A stretch of DNA of 64,000 bases, taken from the IMG/VR virus record IMGVR_UViG_3300027848_000009, positions 1 through 64,000 of that record. One strand, written 5' to 3'. The translations under genes were made by a program, and so were the position numbers. Each line of letters begins with the position of its first letter. Position 1 is the stretch's first letter. The notes under the pieces are model-generated. The model was not told the DNA's origin. It saw nothing but the letters and a program-made list of their open reading frames with translations, and made no database searches. This document shows positions 1 through 9,255 of this stretch, in pieces. This DNA is from a virus.

Positions 1-115
1 CCGAGGCTGAGCGAGCGCGAGGCCGCAACTCGGACAACGTCCAGCGATACGAGGGGATCTCAGACGGCTACCGAAACGCCGCTGGTCACATCCGATCGAA
101 AGGCAAGAGCGCACG

Positions 116-319
116 ATGACCAGCAAGTACGCCGAAGCTGTCGCGTTGATGGCCGAACATATGCCACACTTTGACCGTGACGAGGTTGCAGCGATGATGG
201 AAGCACACGAAAGGGCTCGCCGGGCGGCGAAGATCCGAGCCTTCAAGGCGCAGAACGTTGTGCATATTGCATCTCGGGAGACAAGCCCTGGTCATCCTAC
301 GGAAACGAGCGAGCAATGA
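116..319 (+). CDS. hypothetical phage protein
   Basis: ORF with ATGA overlap into next gene. Confidence 0.55.
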   Translation: MTSKYAEAVALMAEHMPHFDRDEVAAMMEAHERARRAAKIRAFKAQNVVHIASRETSPGHPTETSEQ

Positions 320-867
320 TGACGACAGACCAGAGGGTCCAGCAGGTTGTACTACCGGAAGGCGTGGCCCGCAACATGTTCCCTGTCGTCACCGTCGTTC
401 GTGATCCGCACAACTTGCCGCCGACGATCACGTGGCTGGCAGGCCCGATCGAGTGCGAATGGTGCGTCGGTGAAGGCTGGCTATATGGCGACCCCGACCA
501 TTACGAGCGAGGGACCGAAGCGACAATGGTTTGTGAGGGCGACGACGGTGAGCCGACATGTCTTGGTCTGGGCTATCCGCCCATCGTTGAGGTTGTCAGC
601 GAACGTCTGGTGTGGACACGGGGGCAACCGTTAACCGTTCACGGTCGGCTTGCACTCGGGACACCCGTACCCGTCCACGGTGAGGACGATCAATCGTGGG
701 ATTGGGTGCCGTCGATCGAGATAGGGGACGAGGGCGCATGGTACTACTACGACCAGGCGTACTGCGATGACCCGAGCATCGAGACAAAGCCATCTGACAT
801 CTCGGACACCGTGGCTGGCACGCTCGTGCCTGGCGGTGTCGCCTATCCGGTGACGGTGGCGACATGA
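316..867 (+). CDS. hypothetical protein with CxxCxGxG zinc-finger-like motif (paralog of 41464-41988)
   Basis: CEWCVGEG...CLGLGYPP; C-terminal half identical to 41464 ORF. Confidence 0.7.
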   Translation: MMTTDQRVQQVVLPEGVARNMFPVVTVVRDPHNLPPTITWLAGPIECEWCVGEGWLYGDPDHYERGTEATMVCEGDDGEPTCLGLGYPPIVEVVSERLVWTRGQPLTVHGRLALGTPVPVHGEDDQSWDWVPSIEIGDEGAWYYYDQAYCDDPSIETKPSDISDTVAGTLVPGGVAYPVTVAT

Positions 868-1076
868 GCAACGACCGTGTTTACTTGACTACCAGCCACT
901 ACCGCCACCACTCCACAAAGACGCTTGCCGACACTCTGGCGGAAGCCAGCCGGACCGACTGGACGCCGTTCGATGTCTACGAAATCGACCTAACCCGACC
1001 TGATCGGCCGTCGATCCGTCTTGTCGCTTCACGCAGCAAAGGTGATCCGCCCCCGGTGACGGTGGAGACGCCGTGA
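864..1076 (+). CDS. hypothetical protein (paralog of 41985-42221)
   Basis: ATGA-coupled ORF inside the repeat. Confidence 0.65.
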   Translation: MSNDRVYLTTSHYRHHSTKTLADTLAEASRTDWTPFDVYEIDLTRPDRPSIRLVASRSKGDPPPVTVETP

Positions 1077-1209
1077 GATGCGCACACTGTCACCTGTTGA
1101 TCCATCAGGCGAAAAACACCGACCGGACGTGGCGACATGAAACAACCGGGCGCACCTCATGCGTCTCCAACGTCGCCACACCCCATCACGCACCAGAAAG
1201 GCCAGCACC

Positions 1210-1422
1210 ATGACCACCAACCGAGCAGACACGAAGAACCACTGTGTGCATTGCGAACGCCAGATCACCCTCGATACGAGGTGGGCCCGCCCGAAAGGAT
1301 CATTGGGCATCTGGTATCACGACGACCTCGTGGACTACGACTCCTCAGGAGAGTCGTGCAACATCGACGACGGCGAGGACAATGAAGCCGAGCCTTACCC
1401 AACCCATACGATTCCTCGATGA
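1210..1422 (+). CDS. small Cys/His-containing hypothetical protein (paralog of 42260-42472)
   Basis: AGAAAGG SD then ATG 1210; HCVHC motif; reading frame conserved in copy 2. Confidence 0.7.
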   Translation: MTTNRADTKNHCVHCERQITLDTRWARPKGSLGIWYHDDLVDYDSSGESCNIDDGEDNEAEPYPTHTIPR

Positions 1423-1754
1423 GCGCCTTCCGCCATACCCGCCCGATGGTCGGCCACATGAGCGACCGAGGCTTCTGGCATTCTGGCGCTCGGTCGGTCT
1501 GCTCGAAGTGTGACGACAAGAGCCACTCGGCTCACCCCGGCAAGACTGTCTGCCAGTTTTGTCGGCTCGACCTCGGCGACGTGATCGAGAAGAGAGTCCA
1601 CGCCACGGTCACTCACGGCCGAGGCGAACAGCCAACCAGATTCTCTGCTTGCCGCTCGGGCGATTGCAACGAGCGTGTGTTTGTCGGCTCGACCTGCGAA
1701 GCCTGCAACACCTACCAAGATCCGAACAACCAAACCATAGGAGAAACGAAATGA
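1419..1754 (+). CDS. Cys-rich (multi CxxC) hypothetical protein
   Basis: CSKC, CQFC, CEAC motifs; ATGA overlaps on both sides. Confidence 0.65.
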   Translation: MSAFRHTRPMVGHMSDRGFWHSGARSVCSKCDDKSHSAHPGKTVCQFCRLDLGDVIEKRVHATVTHGRGEQPTRFSACRSGDCNERVFVGSTCEACNTYQDPNNQTIGETK

Positions 1755-2122
1755 GTTACATGACGGTTGCCGAAACGGCCGACCGCCTCGGCGTGTCACG
1801 CCAGGCAGTTCACAAGGCCATCAACAACGGCTCCCTACCGTCCGAGGCCCAGGTGGAGCATGGTCGTGTTGTGCGTTACCTCGTGGCTACTGAAGGAGTC
1901 AAGGCGAGGCTGTCGGCGCAAGCCCGTCCGCCCGGTCATCTGTCGGTGGCCGAGGTCGCCGCCCGGCTCGACGCTGGCACGTCTTCTGTCTCTCGGTGGA
2001 TCTCGTCCGGTCTGCTGCCGACGACGAAGGTTGGTGGGTCGTACCTGATCGACCCAGCCGACATTGTTGCTTTCGATTCGCCTGGCCGGACTGGCTCTGA
2101 CCGGAAGTCGGCAACGGCGTGA
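1751..2122 (+). CDS. tandem excisionase-like helix-turn-helix DNA-binding protein
   Basis: YMTVAETADRLGVSRQAVHKAI..G.LP and LSVAEVAARL..SSVSRWISSGLLP..KVGGSYLI; GGAG SD before ATG 1751. Confidence 0.8.
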   Translation: MSYMTVAETADRLGVSRQAVHKAINNGSLPSEAQVEHGRVVRYLVATEGVKARLSAQARPPGHLSVAEVAARLDAGTSSVSRWISSGLLPTTKVGGSYLIDPADIVAFDSPGRTGSDRKSATA

Positions 2123-2412
2123 GCAGCCAGACGCGCCTCCGACTCACCGATGAGCAGATGATGCACATCTGTACCGGGGCAATAGAGAACTGGGTGGACG
2201 GCATCGTGTTTACCTTCGAGTGCTTCGGCATCGACCTGACCGCCGTGGACTGTCCCTCGATCAAGCCGTCCGATTATGCGATCCCGTCTATCCAGTGGCG
2301 CGCCATCGCCGACTCGATGGTCAAGCCAGGGGTGACCGATCATGTGGCCCTCGCCAATCATGCTCTGGACTGGATGAACCTCGGCCCGAGCGCCTACGAG
2401 GAGGACGCATGA
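2119..2412 (+). CDS. hypothetical protein
   Basis: GTGA-coupled ORF. Confidence 0.6.
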   Translation: MSSQTRLRLTDEQMMHICTGAIENWVDGIVFTFECFGIDLTAVDCPSIKPSDYAIPSIQWRAIADSMVKPGVTDHVALANHALDWMNLGPSAYEEDA

Positions 2413-2435
2413 TGGGGACTCGTCGGTTGGGGATT

Positions 2436-2496
2436 CCAGAATAGTTTCGGGCGAGGGGTTGACGACCCGACTCGGGTCGGATAGAGTGAGGGTATG
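2436..2496 (+). promoter_or_regulatory. conserved leaderless sigma-70-type promoter with 17-bp palindromic operator (copy 1)
   Basis: CCAGAATAGTTTCGGG..TTGACG(2459)-17 bp-TAGAGT(2482)-6 nt-ATG; CGACCCGA-C-TCGGGTCG at 2463-2479. Confidence 0.88.
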
Positions 2497-2886
2497 ACTA
2501 CTACGACAACTCCCTCCCGCCTCGCTACCGAGATCGCCGCCAAGTGCGACGAGAATATGAACGGCTACTCCGTCCACCTCGATCGCCTCAAGGCTATGCC
2601 CCTCACCTCGGTCGAGGAAGCCGCTGAGATCGCCGTCTCGATGGCCGAAGCAAAAGCCTGCGCCACCCTCTACCGCCGTTTCAGCTCGGTCGCCAAGTCG
2701 ATGATCGACGCACCGGACCGTGGCATCTCCGCCGCCGAGATCAAGCTGGAAATGATGAGCGTGCTCGTCAGCCTCGCCGTCGAGGGTGCCGACGATCGCT
2801 GGAGCGGTCGGGGCAACGACCTCGCCCGCTCCGCCAACGATGCCCGGCAGAAGCAGATCTCCCGCATCCAGTCGATGATTAACTGA
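2494..2886 (+). CDS. hypothetical early protein (leaderless)
   Basis: Starts at predicted TSS; Thr-rich N-terminus. Confidence 0.75.
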   Translation: MTTTTTPSRLATEIAAKCDENMNGYSVHLDRLKAMPLTSVEEAAEIAVSMAEAKACATLYRRFSSVAKSMIDAPDRGISAAEIKLEMMSVLVSLAVEGADDRWSGRGNDLARSANDARQKQISRIQSMIN

Positions 2887-2892
2887 TCCCCC

Positions 2893-2967
2893 GTGGCCCT
2901 CGGCTCCCGCCGAGGCGCTGCGATGATCTCCCGAGTTCGCCACAGGCTCGGGAGATCATCGGAGCGA
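2893..2967 (+). ncRNA. candidate cis-acting structured RNA motif, copy A
   Basis: GTGGC-CCTCGGC(tccc)GCCGAGG-C-GCTGC hairpin, then 15-bp stem CGATGATCTCCCGAG/CTCGGGAGATCATCG, then GAGCGA; intergenic. Confidence 0.65.
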
Positions 2968-2995
2968 CCGCTCCACCGACCAGAAGGACAATCAA

Positions 2996-3334
2996 ATGAG
3001 AAATCAGATCGAATCCGAAATCAGGCCTGGCACTTTCGTCGGCTTGTCGGCTCGTTGCGTCGAGGAGAACCGAGCGTCGTACAGACTACTTTCGACAGAG
3101 GTGAGCCGTTGGGAACGAATCGGTGGCCCAGCCGACGGCGAGACATACTTCGGCGGCACGCTCAACTCCGGCCCGATGCACGCTGGCGCTTGGACCGACT
3201 CCGACGGAAAGTTCCGTCACGGCACGTTCAGCTGCCATCAAGTCACCGACGTGGATCTTTCCAATCCTCGCAAGCTCGTCATCATGACGACGGACGGCGA
3301 GATCACCATCGACATCTTCGAGGAGCAGTCGTGA
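2996..3334 (+). CDS. hypothetical protein
   Basis: AGAAGGA SD; ORF. Confidence 0.7.
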   Translation: MRNQIESEIRPGTFVGLSARCVEENRASYRLLSTEVSRWERIGGPADGETYFGGTLNSGPMHAGAWTDSDGKFRHGTFSCHQVTDVDLSNPRKLVIMTTDGEITIDIFEEQS

Positions 3335-3648
3335 GCGAGATACAGACAGCAATCACGAACCCCGACGAGTACAACGGATGGGTCAACCGGGAGACGTGGG
3401 CGGCTGCGCTCCATCTCTCCAACGACGAGGGACTGTACCAGCAATGCTTGGAGCTGGTCGCTGGCAAGCTGCGCTGGTCTGCCGGTGACGCCATCGAAGC
3501 GTTCGTGATGGAGCAGGTCGAGATGATCCTGTTCCCATACGAGCACGACTGGCCGCCGACCGACCTGTGGCGCATGTTCATCTACGATGTCGGCAGCATG
3601 TGGCGTGTCGATTGGCAAGCCGTAGCCGACTCGTTCCTCACGGAATGA
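3331..3648 (+). CDS. conserved phage protein (YNGWxNxETW family)
   Basis: GTG start overlapping previous stop; EYNGWVNRETWAAALHLSNDEGLY motif. Confidence 0.75.
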   Translation: MSEIQTAITNPDEYNGWVNRETWAAALHLSNDEGLYQQCLELVAGKLRWSAGDAIEAFVMEQVEMILFPYEHDWPPTDLWRMFIYDVGSMWRVDWQAVADSFLTE

Positions 3649-3780
3649 CCGTGACGCTGACCCAATGCTCACGCTGCGGCAGATGGATCGCCGCCATGAC
3701 GATCCATCAAGGCATCTGCCCAGCCGATAGGCCAGCCCGAGTCATGAGCTCTGATCCTCTCCCATCCCATTAGACACGAA

Positions 3781-3900
3781 GCGACCTCGGCTCTGACGGC
3801 CGAGCGTTGCGATGAATCCATCAAGCCGAGAACGGTCGCCGCAAGGTCCGTCGGGGTCCGTCTGTTCCCTCATTGAGACTTGGTGGATTCATCGGAGCGA
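3781..3900 (+). ncRNA. candidate cis-acting structured RNA motif, copy B
   Basis: GCGAC-CTCGGC(tctgacg)GCCGAG-C-GTTGC, stem CGATGAATCCATCAAG/CTTGGTGGATTCATCG with a large loop, then GAGCGA. Confidence 0.65.
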
Positions 3901-3930
3901 ACCAGCCCCACCTACAGGAAGCCGAACCTG

Positions 3931-4137
3931 ATGCTCGACGCCATTCTGATCGCATCCATAATCGGCCTGCCCGCATTCGCTGGCATCCGCTGGCTCTACT
4001 ATGAAGCGATCCATTCAGCCGAGATCGACGCCGCCAGCCGCCGAGCCGTCCTGAGCGAGCTGGCAGACATTCGGGTCCATCGGCCCACCCACATCGTCAG
4101 CACCGCCGACAGCGCCGCAGAACAGCCTGAGAACTGA
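3931..4137 (+). CDS. small membrane protein
   Basis: AGGA SD, hydrophobic N-terminus MLDAILIASIIGLPAFAGIRW. Confidence 0.6.
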   Translation: MLDAILIASIIGLPAFAGIRWLYYEAIHSAEIDAASRRAVLSELADIRVHRPTHIVSTADSAAEQPEN

Positions 4138-4166
4138 TCCCTCCGGCACACCCCGAACCCGAAACG

Positions 4167-4196
4167 ACGACCGGAGTCGGGTACGGTGCCGGTATG
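4167..4196 (+). promoter_or_regulatory. leaderless promoter, class 2 (near-identical to 37097-37126)
   Basis: ACGACCGGAGTCGGG-TACGGT-GCCGGT-ATG. Confidence 0.6.
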
Positions 4197-4535
4197 AACG
4201 AAGCCGAGTTCGAGCGACAAGTCGTAGACACTGCCACCATCTTCGGATGGCGCACCGTCGGCCACCGCCCAATGCGAACCAAACAAGGATGGGCGACCGG
4301 CTGGAAATATGAAGGCGTCGGCTGGCCCGACCTCACCCTCATCCACCACACCGGAAAGATCATCGTCGCAGAAATCAAGATCCCACCAAACAAACTGTCA
4401 CCCGAACAAGCCGTCTGGCGAACCACCCTCGAAACATGCGCCACCAACAGCGAAGGCCACATCGAATACCGACTCTGGACACCCGACGACTTCAACGAAA
4501 TACTCCGCCTACTCTCACACGGCCGACAACAATGA
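4194..4535 (+). CDS. VRR-NUC domain nuclease (Holliday junction resolvase-like)
   Basis: MNEAEFERQV...GWPDLTLI...VAEIK...KLSPEQ.W PD-(D/E)xK pattern. Confidence 0.82.
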   Translation: MNEAEFERQVVDTATIFGWRTVGHRPMRTKQGWATGWKYEGVGWPDLTLIHHTGKIIVAEIKIPPNKLSPEQAVWRTTLETCATNSEGHIEYRLWTPDDFNEILRLLSHGRQQ

Positions 4536-4652
4536 ACACCAACCACAACCGCACCACCTGTGGCCCACCCGCCCACACCACCACAATCGCCAACACCCTC
4601 ATAGCGCACACCACCGAAGCCCGCCTCCACCAATGTCCACAGAAAGCCACAC

Positions 4653-5141
4653 ATGCCCAAGAAGCCTGAACCGATTGAACAGCCCTCGATGCTCGACGAG
4701 CACAAGGAGCGGATCATCCAGATGAAGCTGGCCGGTATCAGCGACCGGCAGATTGCTGATTCGCTCGGCGTGTCGAACTCGGCTGTCTCTCGGTATGTGA
4801 AGCGGGCGTCGGTGCAGTCGGCGATCGACGTTGCTCACGGCGCTCTCGTCAAGCGCGCTCAGCATCAGATGGCGATGGCGCTTGGCCTTGCTACGCAGAC
4901 GTTGATTCATTACGCCAGCATGGAGAACTTCGATACGATCCCTCATCAGCATCGGTTGAAAGCGACCGAGCTGCTCATCAGCGCTTCGGGCGCTTCTCGC
5001 TCGGTCGAGGTGAATGCGTTGTTGGCGGTGTCGGTGACGGAGATCGCTGCGAACTCTGCTCGGTCGAAGGCTGCTGCGATCGAGGCGACGTTGGTGGACA
5101 CCCCGGTCGGCGAGATCCCGCCGCTGCGGCTCGCCGAATAA
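4653..5141 (+). CDS. terminase small subunit (HTH)
   Basis: N-terminal HTH (AGISDRQIADSLGVSNSAVSRY); position upstream of TerL. Confidence 0.7.
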   Translation: MPKKPEPIEQPSMLDEHKERIIQMKLAGISDRQIADSLGVSNSAVSRYVKRASVQSAIDVAHGALVKRAQHQMAMALGLATQTLIHYASMENFDTIPHQHRLKATELLISASGASRSVEVNALLAVSVTEIAANSARSKAAAIEATLVDTPVGEIPPLRLAE

Positions 5142-5180
5142 CGCATACGGTACACGGCATCTTCCCGTGTACGGTATGCG
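5142..5180. promoter_or_regulatory. 16-bp inverted repeat overlapping a -10 box (TACGGT 5170-5175); candidate RHH operator
   Basis: CGCATACGGTACACGG-7 nt-CCGTGTACGGTATGCG (1 mismatch). Confidence 0.6.
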
Positions 5181-5182
5181 GC

Positions 5183-5332
5183 ATGTCCAGACCCAAGACC
5201 AAGGGTGACTCGATCTCGCTTCGGCTACCGATCGAACACGACCGGAAGCTCCGAGAGTTCGCTGAGGCGAAGAACGAGACACCCGCCGAAGTGATCCTTC
5301 GGGTCATGGGGCGATCGCTGGACGCCCAGTGA
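5183..5332 (+). CDS. 49-aa ribbon-helix-helix (Arc/CopG-like) DNA-binding protein, not in ORF track
   Basis: MSRPKTKGDSISLRLPIEHDRKLREFAEAKNETPAEVILRVMGRSLDAQ; stop overlaps TerL GTG (GTGA). Confidence 0.72.
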   Translation: MSRPKTKGDSISLRLPIEHDRKLREFAEAKNETPAEVILRVMGRSLDAQ

Positions 5333-6714
5333 CCGAGTCTCGTGCCGACCGGCTCGCCCGAGCGGGCAAGCTTTCGGAACTCTTCGCTCAGCTCGACGAC
5401 GACGAGGCAGCCGAGCTGGCCTACGACTGGTCTTTCTGGCAGCGACCGGAGCAGGCGATCCCGCCCGGCAATTGGGATGTCTGGATGAACCGGGCCGGAC
5501 GAGGGTACGGGAAGACACGCACCGGCTCCGAAACGATACGAGATCTCGCTCACAGCTCCCGTACAGGCTTGCTCGCAGCGGTCGCCCCAACGTCGGGCGA
5601 CGCACGGGATGTGCTTGTAGAAGGCGAATCAGGGATACTCGCTGTCTGCCCTCCGTGGGACCGCCCGAAGTACGAGCCGTCGAAGCGGCGACTGACTTGG
5701 GAATCGACCGGCGCACGACTCACCCTGTTCTCCGGCGAGGAACCCGACCGGCTCCGAGGCCCACAGCACGAGGTCGTATGGGTTGACGAACCAGCCTCGA
5801 TGGACTCGGGCGGCGAGGTGATCGACATGGCCCGCCTCGGCCTTCGGCTCGGCAAGCCGAAACTGATTATCACCGGCACCCCGAAACGGGTGGCTTGGAT
5901 GAAAGCGATCGAAGCGGAAGCGAGGACCGTCACCACGACCGGCTCAACCTACGAGAACCTCGGCAACCTCGCGCCCGCATTCATTCAGGTTGTCCTCGGC
6001 AGATACGAGGGCACCCGACTCGGCCAGCAAGAACTCCACGCCGAATACTTGGACCACGTCGATGGCGCTCTTTGGATCATGGCGACGATGGACGCCTCCC
6101 GCTTCTCCGTATGGGACGCCACGCAACCGGACGTGTCGCTGAGGGACGGGATGATGGCGCACGGCATCGAGGCACCGAAGCCCGACGGACGCATGTGGCG
6201 GACGATCGTCGCCGTTGACCCTCCCGGCGAGACAGCCGAATGCGGCATCGTCGTCGGCACCTCGCCGACCGGAGCGAAAGCGGGCAGGGACCACGCCGTG
6301 ATTCTCGCTGACGAGTCGCTCGCCGGTACACCCGAACAATGGGGAGCCGCCGTCGTCGCCGCCGCTCGCCGCTGGGACGCCCAAGCCATCTACGTCGAGA
6401 AGAACCAGGGCGGCGACATGGTCCGCTCAACGATCCACGCCGTTGACCCGTCGGTCGTCGTCAAGAAGATCACCGCCAAAGAGTCGAAGCAGGCACGAGC
6501 TGAACCTGTCTCGGCGCTCTACGCAAAGGGCTGGATACACCACGCCGGTTTCTTACCGAAGCTCGAAGACCAGATGACCGAGTGGGTTCCGAACGAGTCG
6601 AAGTCCCCTGACCGGCTCGACGCTCTCGTCCATTGTGTCCGTACTCTGCTCGAAGAAGTGCAGCCTCGCAGCGTCGGCCGAGTGGCGAGGTCATTCGGCG
6701 ACCGAAACTTCTGA
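5329..6714 (+). CDS. terL: terminase large subunit
   Basis: Walker A AGRGYGKT, RLRGPQ, Walker B WVDE, nuclease VAVDP, SPDRLDA. Confidence 0.96.
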   Translation: MTESRADRLARAGKLSELFAQLDDDEAAELAYDWSFWQRPEQAIPPGNWDVWMNRAGRGYGKTRTGSETIRDLAHSSRTGLLAAVAPTSGDARDVLVEGESGILAVCPPWDRPKYEPSKRRLTWESTGARLTLFSGEEPDRLRGPQHEVVWVDEPASMDSGGEVIDMARLGLRLGKPKLIITGTPKRVAWMKAIEAEARTVTTTGSTYENLGNLAPAFIQVVLGRYEGTRLGQQELHAEYLDHVDGALWIMATMDASRFSVWDATQPDVSLRDGMMAHGIEAPKPDGRMWRTIVAVDPPGETAECGIVVGTSPTGAKAGRDHAVILADESLAGTPEQWGAAVVAAARRWDAQAIYVEKNQGGDMVRSTIHAVDPSVVVKKITAKESKQARAEPVSALYAKGWIHHAGFLPKLEDQMTEWVPNESKSPDRLDALVHCVRTLLEEVQPRSVGRVARSFGDRNF

Positions 6715-6728
6715 CGTAGACTCGACCT

Positions 6729-7028
6729 ATGTCCGCTCTCTTCGTCGTCGTCCTGCTTCTCGCCTGCTGGCGTGTCGCCCGCTTCTTGGCGCTCGACGAG
6801 CTGAGCCGTCCGGCCCGCGAATGGCTGATCGGCAAGGTCGGTGAGGAGTCGCAACTCGCTTACCTGATCTCGTGCCCGTGGTGCATCTCGTTCTGGTCGA
6901 GCATCCCGCTCGTATGGCTGGCGCTCGTCCATCAGGATCAGCTCGCCGCCCAAGTCATCATGTTGGCGCTCGCCGGTTCGCTCGCCGCCGGACTCGGGCA
7001 GACGATTGAGGATCGGCTCGACCGGTGA
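6729..7028 (+). CDS. DUF1360-like membrane protein
   Basis: TM segments; LISCPWCISFW motif. Confidence 0.75.
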   Translation: MSALFVVVLLLACWRVARFLALDELSRPAREWLIGKVGEESQLAYLISCPWCISFWSSIPLVWLALVHQDQLAAQVIMLALAGSLAAGLGQTIEDRLDR

Positions 7029-7132
7029 GCGATCCGCTGACCTGGACCGACATGCAAATGGTTTTGTTGGGCGTCAGTATTCTCGCTTTCTGTCTCGCCG
7101 TGCTTGTCTGGTCGGAGCGTCGAGAGCGCTGA
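7025..7132 (+). CDS. 35-aa membrane peptide
   Basis: GTG start and TGA both overlap neighbours; LLGVSILAFCLAVLVW. Confidence 0.5.
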   Translation: MSDPLTWTDMQMVLLGVSILAFCLAVLVWSERRER

Positions 7133-7350
7133 TGATGTGGAGAAGGATCGCGGCTCTCTGCATCGTGGTGCCGTGGCTTCTCGTAAAGCTTGCCCGCAAC
7201 ACATACGTCACCAAAAGTGACCTGCTCGCCGAGCGGGAACGAACCGATCATGCTGTCATCGAAGAAGCAGAACTGATTGTCGCTGCCGAGGTCCGACGCC
7301 GATCCCAAGATCAACACCCCTCACAGGAGTACCCTGACAGTCATGGCTGA
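7132..7350 (+). CDS. small hypothetical protein
   Basis: TGATG coupling; hydrophobic N-terminus. Confidence 0.5.
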   Translation: MMWRRIAALCIVVPWLLVKLARNTYVTKSDLLAERERTDHAVIEEAELIVAAEVRRRSQDQHPSQEYPDSHG

Positions 7351-9253
7351 TCGCTCACCCGCACGTTCTACGCCGCACCGGTATTCGCTGGTCGCTGCCG
7401 CCGAGGTAATCGCCTCCGCCGATATCTCCCGCCCGTACACGTCTTCGGGCATGATGCTCGAATGGCAGGAGCGTGCCTGGGGCTACTATGACCGGGTTGG
7501 CGAGTTCCGTTTCGGTGTCGGCTGGTGTTCGAATGCGATGTCGAGAGTGAACCTGACTGCTGCTGCTCCGCCCAGGCAGGTCGGCGACGAGCCGACAGCG
7601 ATCGACGTGGAGAGCGACGAGGTGACGCCATCGCAGCGGCGTGCGATTGAGCTGGTCGAGCAGATCGCGGGCGGAGCTTCCGGCCAGGGGCAACTGTTGG
7701 GCGAGTTCGGTTCGCATCTTTCGATCGCCGGGTTCGGCTGGCTTGTTGCGGAGCCGAGGCTCGGAGATCCGAACTCCGATTCGTATGAGACGTGGCAGGT
7801 GCTGCCGCAGGATGCCCTGAAGTTTGAGGGCACGACCAACCAAAAGATTTTCCTCCGTATCGGAGACGGCAACAAAAGCGACGCCTGGCGACCGGTACAC
7901 CCGAACTCGCTGATCGTCAAAGTGTGGCGTAAGCATCCTCGTAAGCCGTGGCAGCCGGACGCCCCGGTCCGGGCCGTGCTCCCCGTATTGGAGATCATCG
8001 AGCTGCTCACCGATCACATTACAGCGTCGGGCCGCTCACGTCTCGCTGGTGCCGGTCTGCTTGCGATCCCGTCGGAGACAGAGTTTCCGCCACCGCCTCC
8101 GGTCGAGGGTGAGACGACCGTTGCCACCGAGCAGGATCGGTTCGACCATTTCGTCGAAGAGTTGACGAACGCCATGACAACGCCGATCAAGAATCGGCAG
8201 TCCGCTGCTGCTGTCGTGCCTTTGCCGATCGCGATCCCCGGCGAGTTCATCGACAAGATCAAACACATCTCATTCTCGACGCCGTTCGACGCCCAGGTCC
8301 GCGAGCTGATGGAGGATGCGATCAAGCGTCTGGCGCTCGGCCTCGACATGCCGCCCGAGGTGTTGACCGGCATGTCCGGTGTGAATCATTGGACGGCGTG
8401 GCAGGTCGAAGAGACAGCGATCACCCTACACATCGAGCCGAATGCTGAGATCGTCTGCAACGCTCTGACCGAAGCATGGTTGAAGCCTGCTCTGCGTGCC
8501 GAGGGGTTCGATGAGAACGCTGCGATGGTCTGGTATGACACGAGCGACCTGACTTCTCCGCCCGACAAGTCAGGCTCGGCTGTCGAGGTGTACGACCGCA
8601 TCCAGCTATCTGCTCAGGCGTTGCGTCGGGAGACTGGATTCACCGAGGATGACAAGCCGAACGAGGACGAGTTCCGCCAACGGGTTCTGCTCGATGCTGC
8701 GAAGGGCGCTCCGGCGCTCGCACCGTCGATGCTGGCGAAAGCTGGCATCCTCGCCGAAGAGATCGCCGACGCAGTGGCCGACATCCAGGCTCCCGCATCA
8801 GCCCCTATTTCGCCGTCTACGGAGTCGGAAGCCGGATCTGGCCCAGTTAGGTCCGCACCGTCCCGTGACGGCAGGCCGAGCCAGGTTTCTGCGGCGCTCG
8901 ATTCGGCGGTCATCATGGCTTGCGATGGCATCGTGGACCGGGCGATGGAGATGGCAGGCAAACGTCTCCTCGGAGCGATCGGCCGCAAGACCGGGCACGG
9001 TCCACAGGGTGTGGATAAGAAGGGCGATGCCCGCATATTGCATCTCCAATATGATCCGACGGTGTACGCCGACCTCGACCAGCTACTCACCGGCTCGTTC
9101 GATCGGGTCGGAGTCGTCGCCGAATACTTGGGTATCGACGAAGACGCTCTGCTCGCAACATTGAACGCATACTGCCGTGGCCTGCTGGCTGCCCAACACG
9201 AGCACGATCTGATCCGGCTGTCGGCGGCGCTCGGCGCTGACGTAATGGTCTGA
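7343..9253 (+). CDS. portal protein
   Basis: WQERAWGYYDRVGEFRF, RSRLAGAGLLAIP, LALGLDMPPEVLTG..NHWTAW (actinophage portal); TACCCT -10 before ATG 7343. Confidence 0.9.
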   Translation: MADRSPARSTPHRYSLVAAAEVIASADISRPYTSSGMMLEWQERAWGYYDRVGEFRFGVGWCSNAMSRVNLTAAAPPRQVGDEPTAIDVESDEVTPSQRRAIELVEQIAGGASGQGQLLGEFGSHLSIAGFGWLVAEPRLGDPNSDSYETWQVLPQDALKFEGTTNQKIFLRIGDGNKSDAWRPVHPNSLIVKVWRKHPRKPWQPDAPVRAVLPVLEIIELLTDHITASGRSRLAGAGLLAIPSETEFPPPPPVEGETTVATEQDRFDHFVEELTNAMTTPIKNRQSAAAVVPLPIAIPGEFIDKIKHISFSTPFDAQVRELMEDAIKRLALGLDMPPEVLTGMSGVNHWTAWQVEETAITLHIEPNAEIVCNALTEAWLKPALRAEGFDENAAMVWYDTSDLTSPPDKSGSAVEVYDRIQLSAQALRRETGFTEDDKPNEDEFRQRVLLDAAKGAPALAPSMLAKAGILAEEIADAVADIQAPASAPISPSTESEAGSGPVRSAPSRDGRPSQVSAALDSAVIMACDGIVDRAMEMAGKRLLGAIGRKTGHGPQGVDKKGDARILHLQYDPTVYADLDQLLTGSFDRVGVVAEYLGIDEDALLATLNAYCRGLLAAQHEHDLIRLSAALGADVMV

Positions 9254-9255
9254 CG

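Larger units (their letters stand above)
640..1433 (+). repeat. Imperfect direct repeat, copy 1 (identical core ~673-1073; 71-bp extra segment ~1107-1178)
   Basis: Matches 41761-42483 by direct inspection; offset 41,121 before the indel and 41,050 after. Confidence 0.95.

Noticed and set aside
1751-2122. Excisionase implying an integrated prophage
   Set aside because: No tyrosine or serine integrase and no bacterial housekeeping flanks recognised; treated as a generic HTH regulator.
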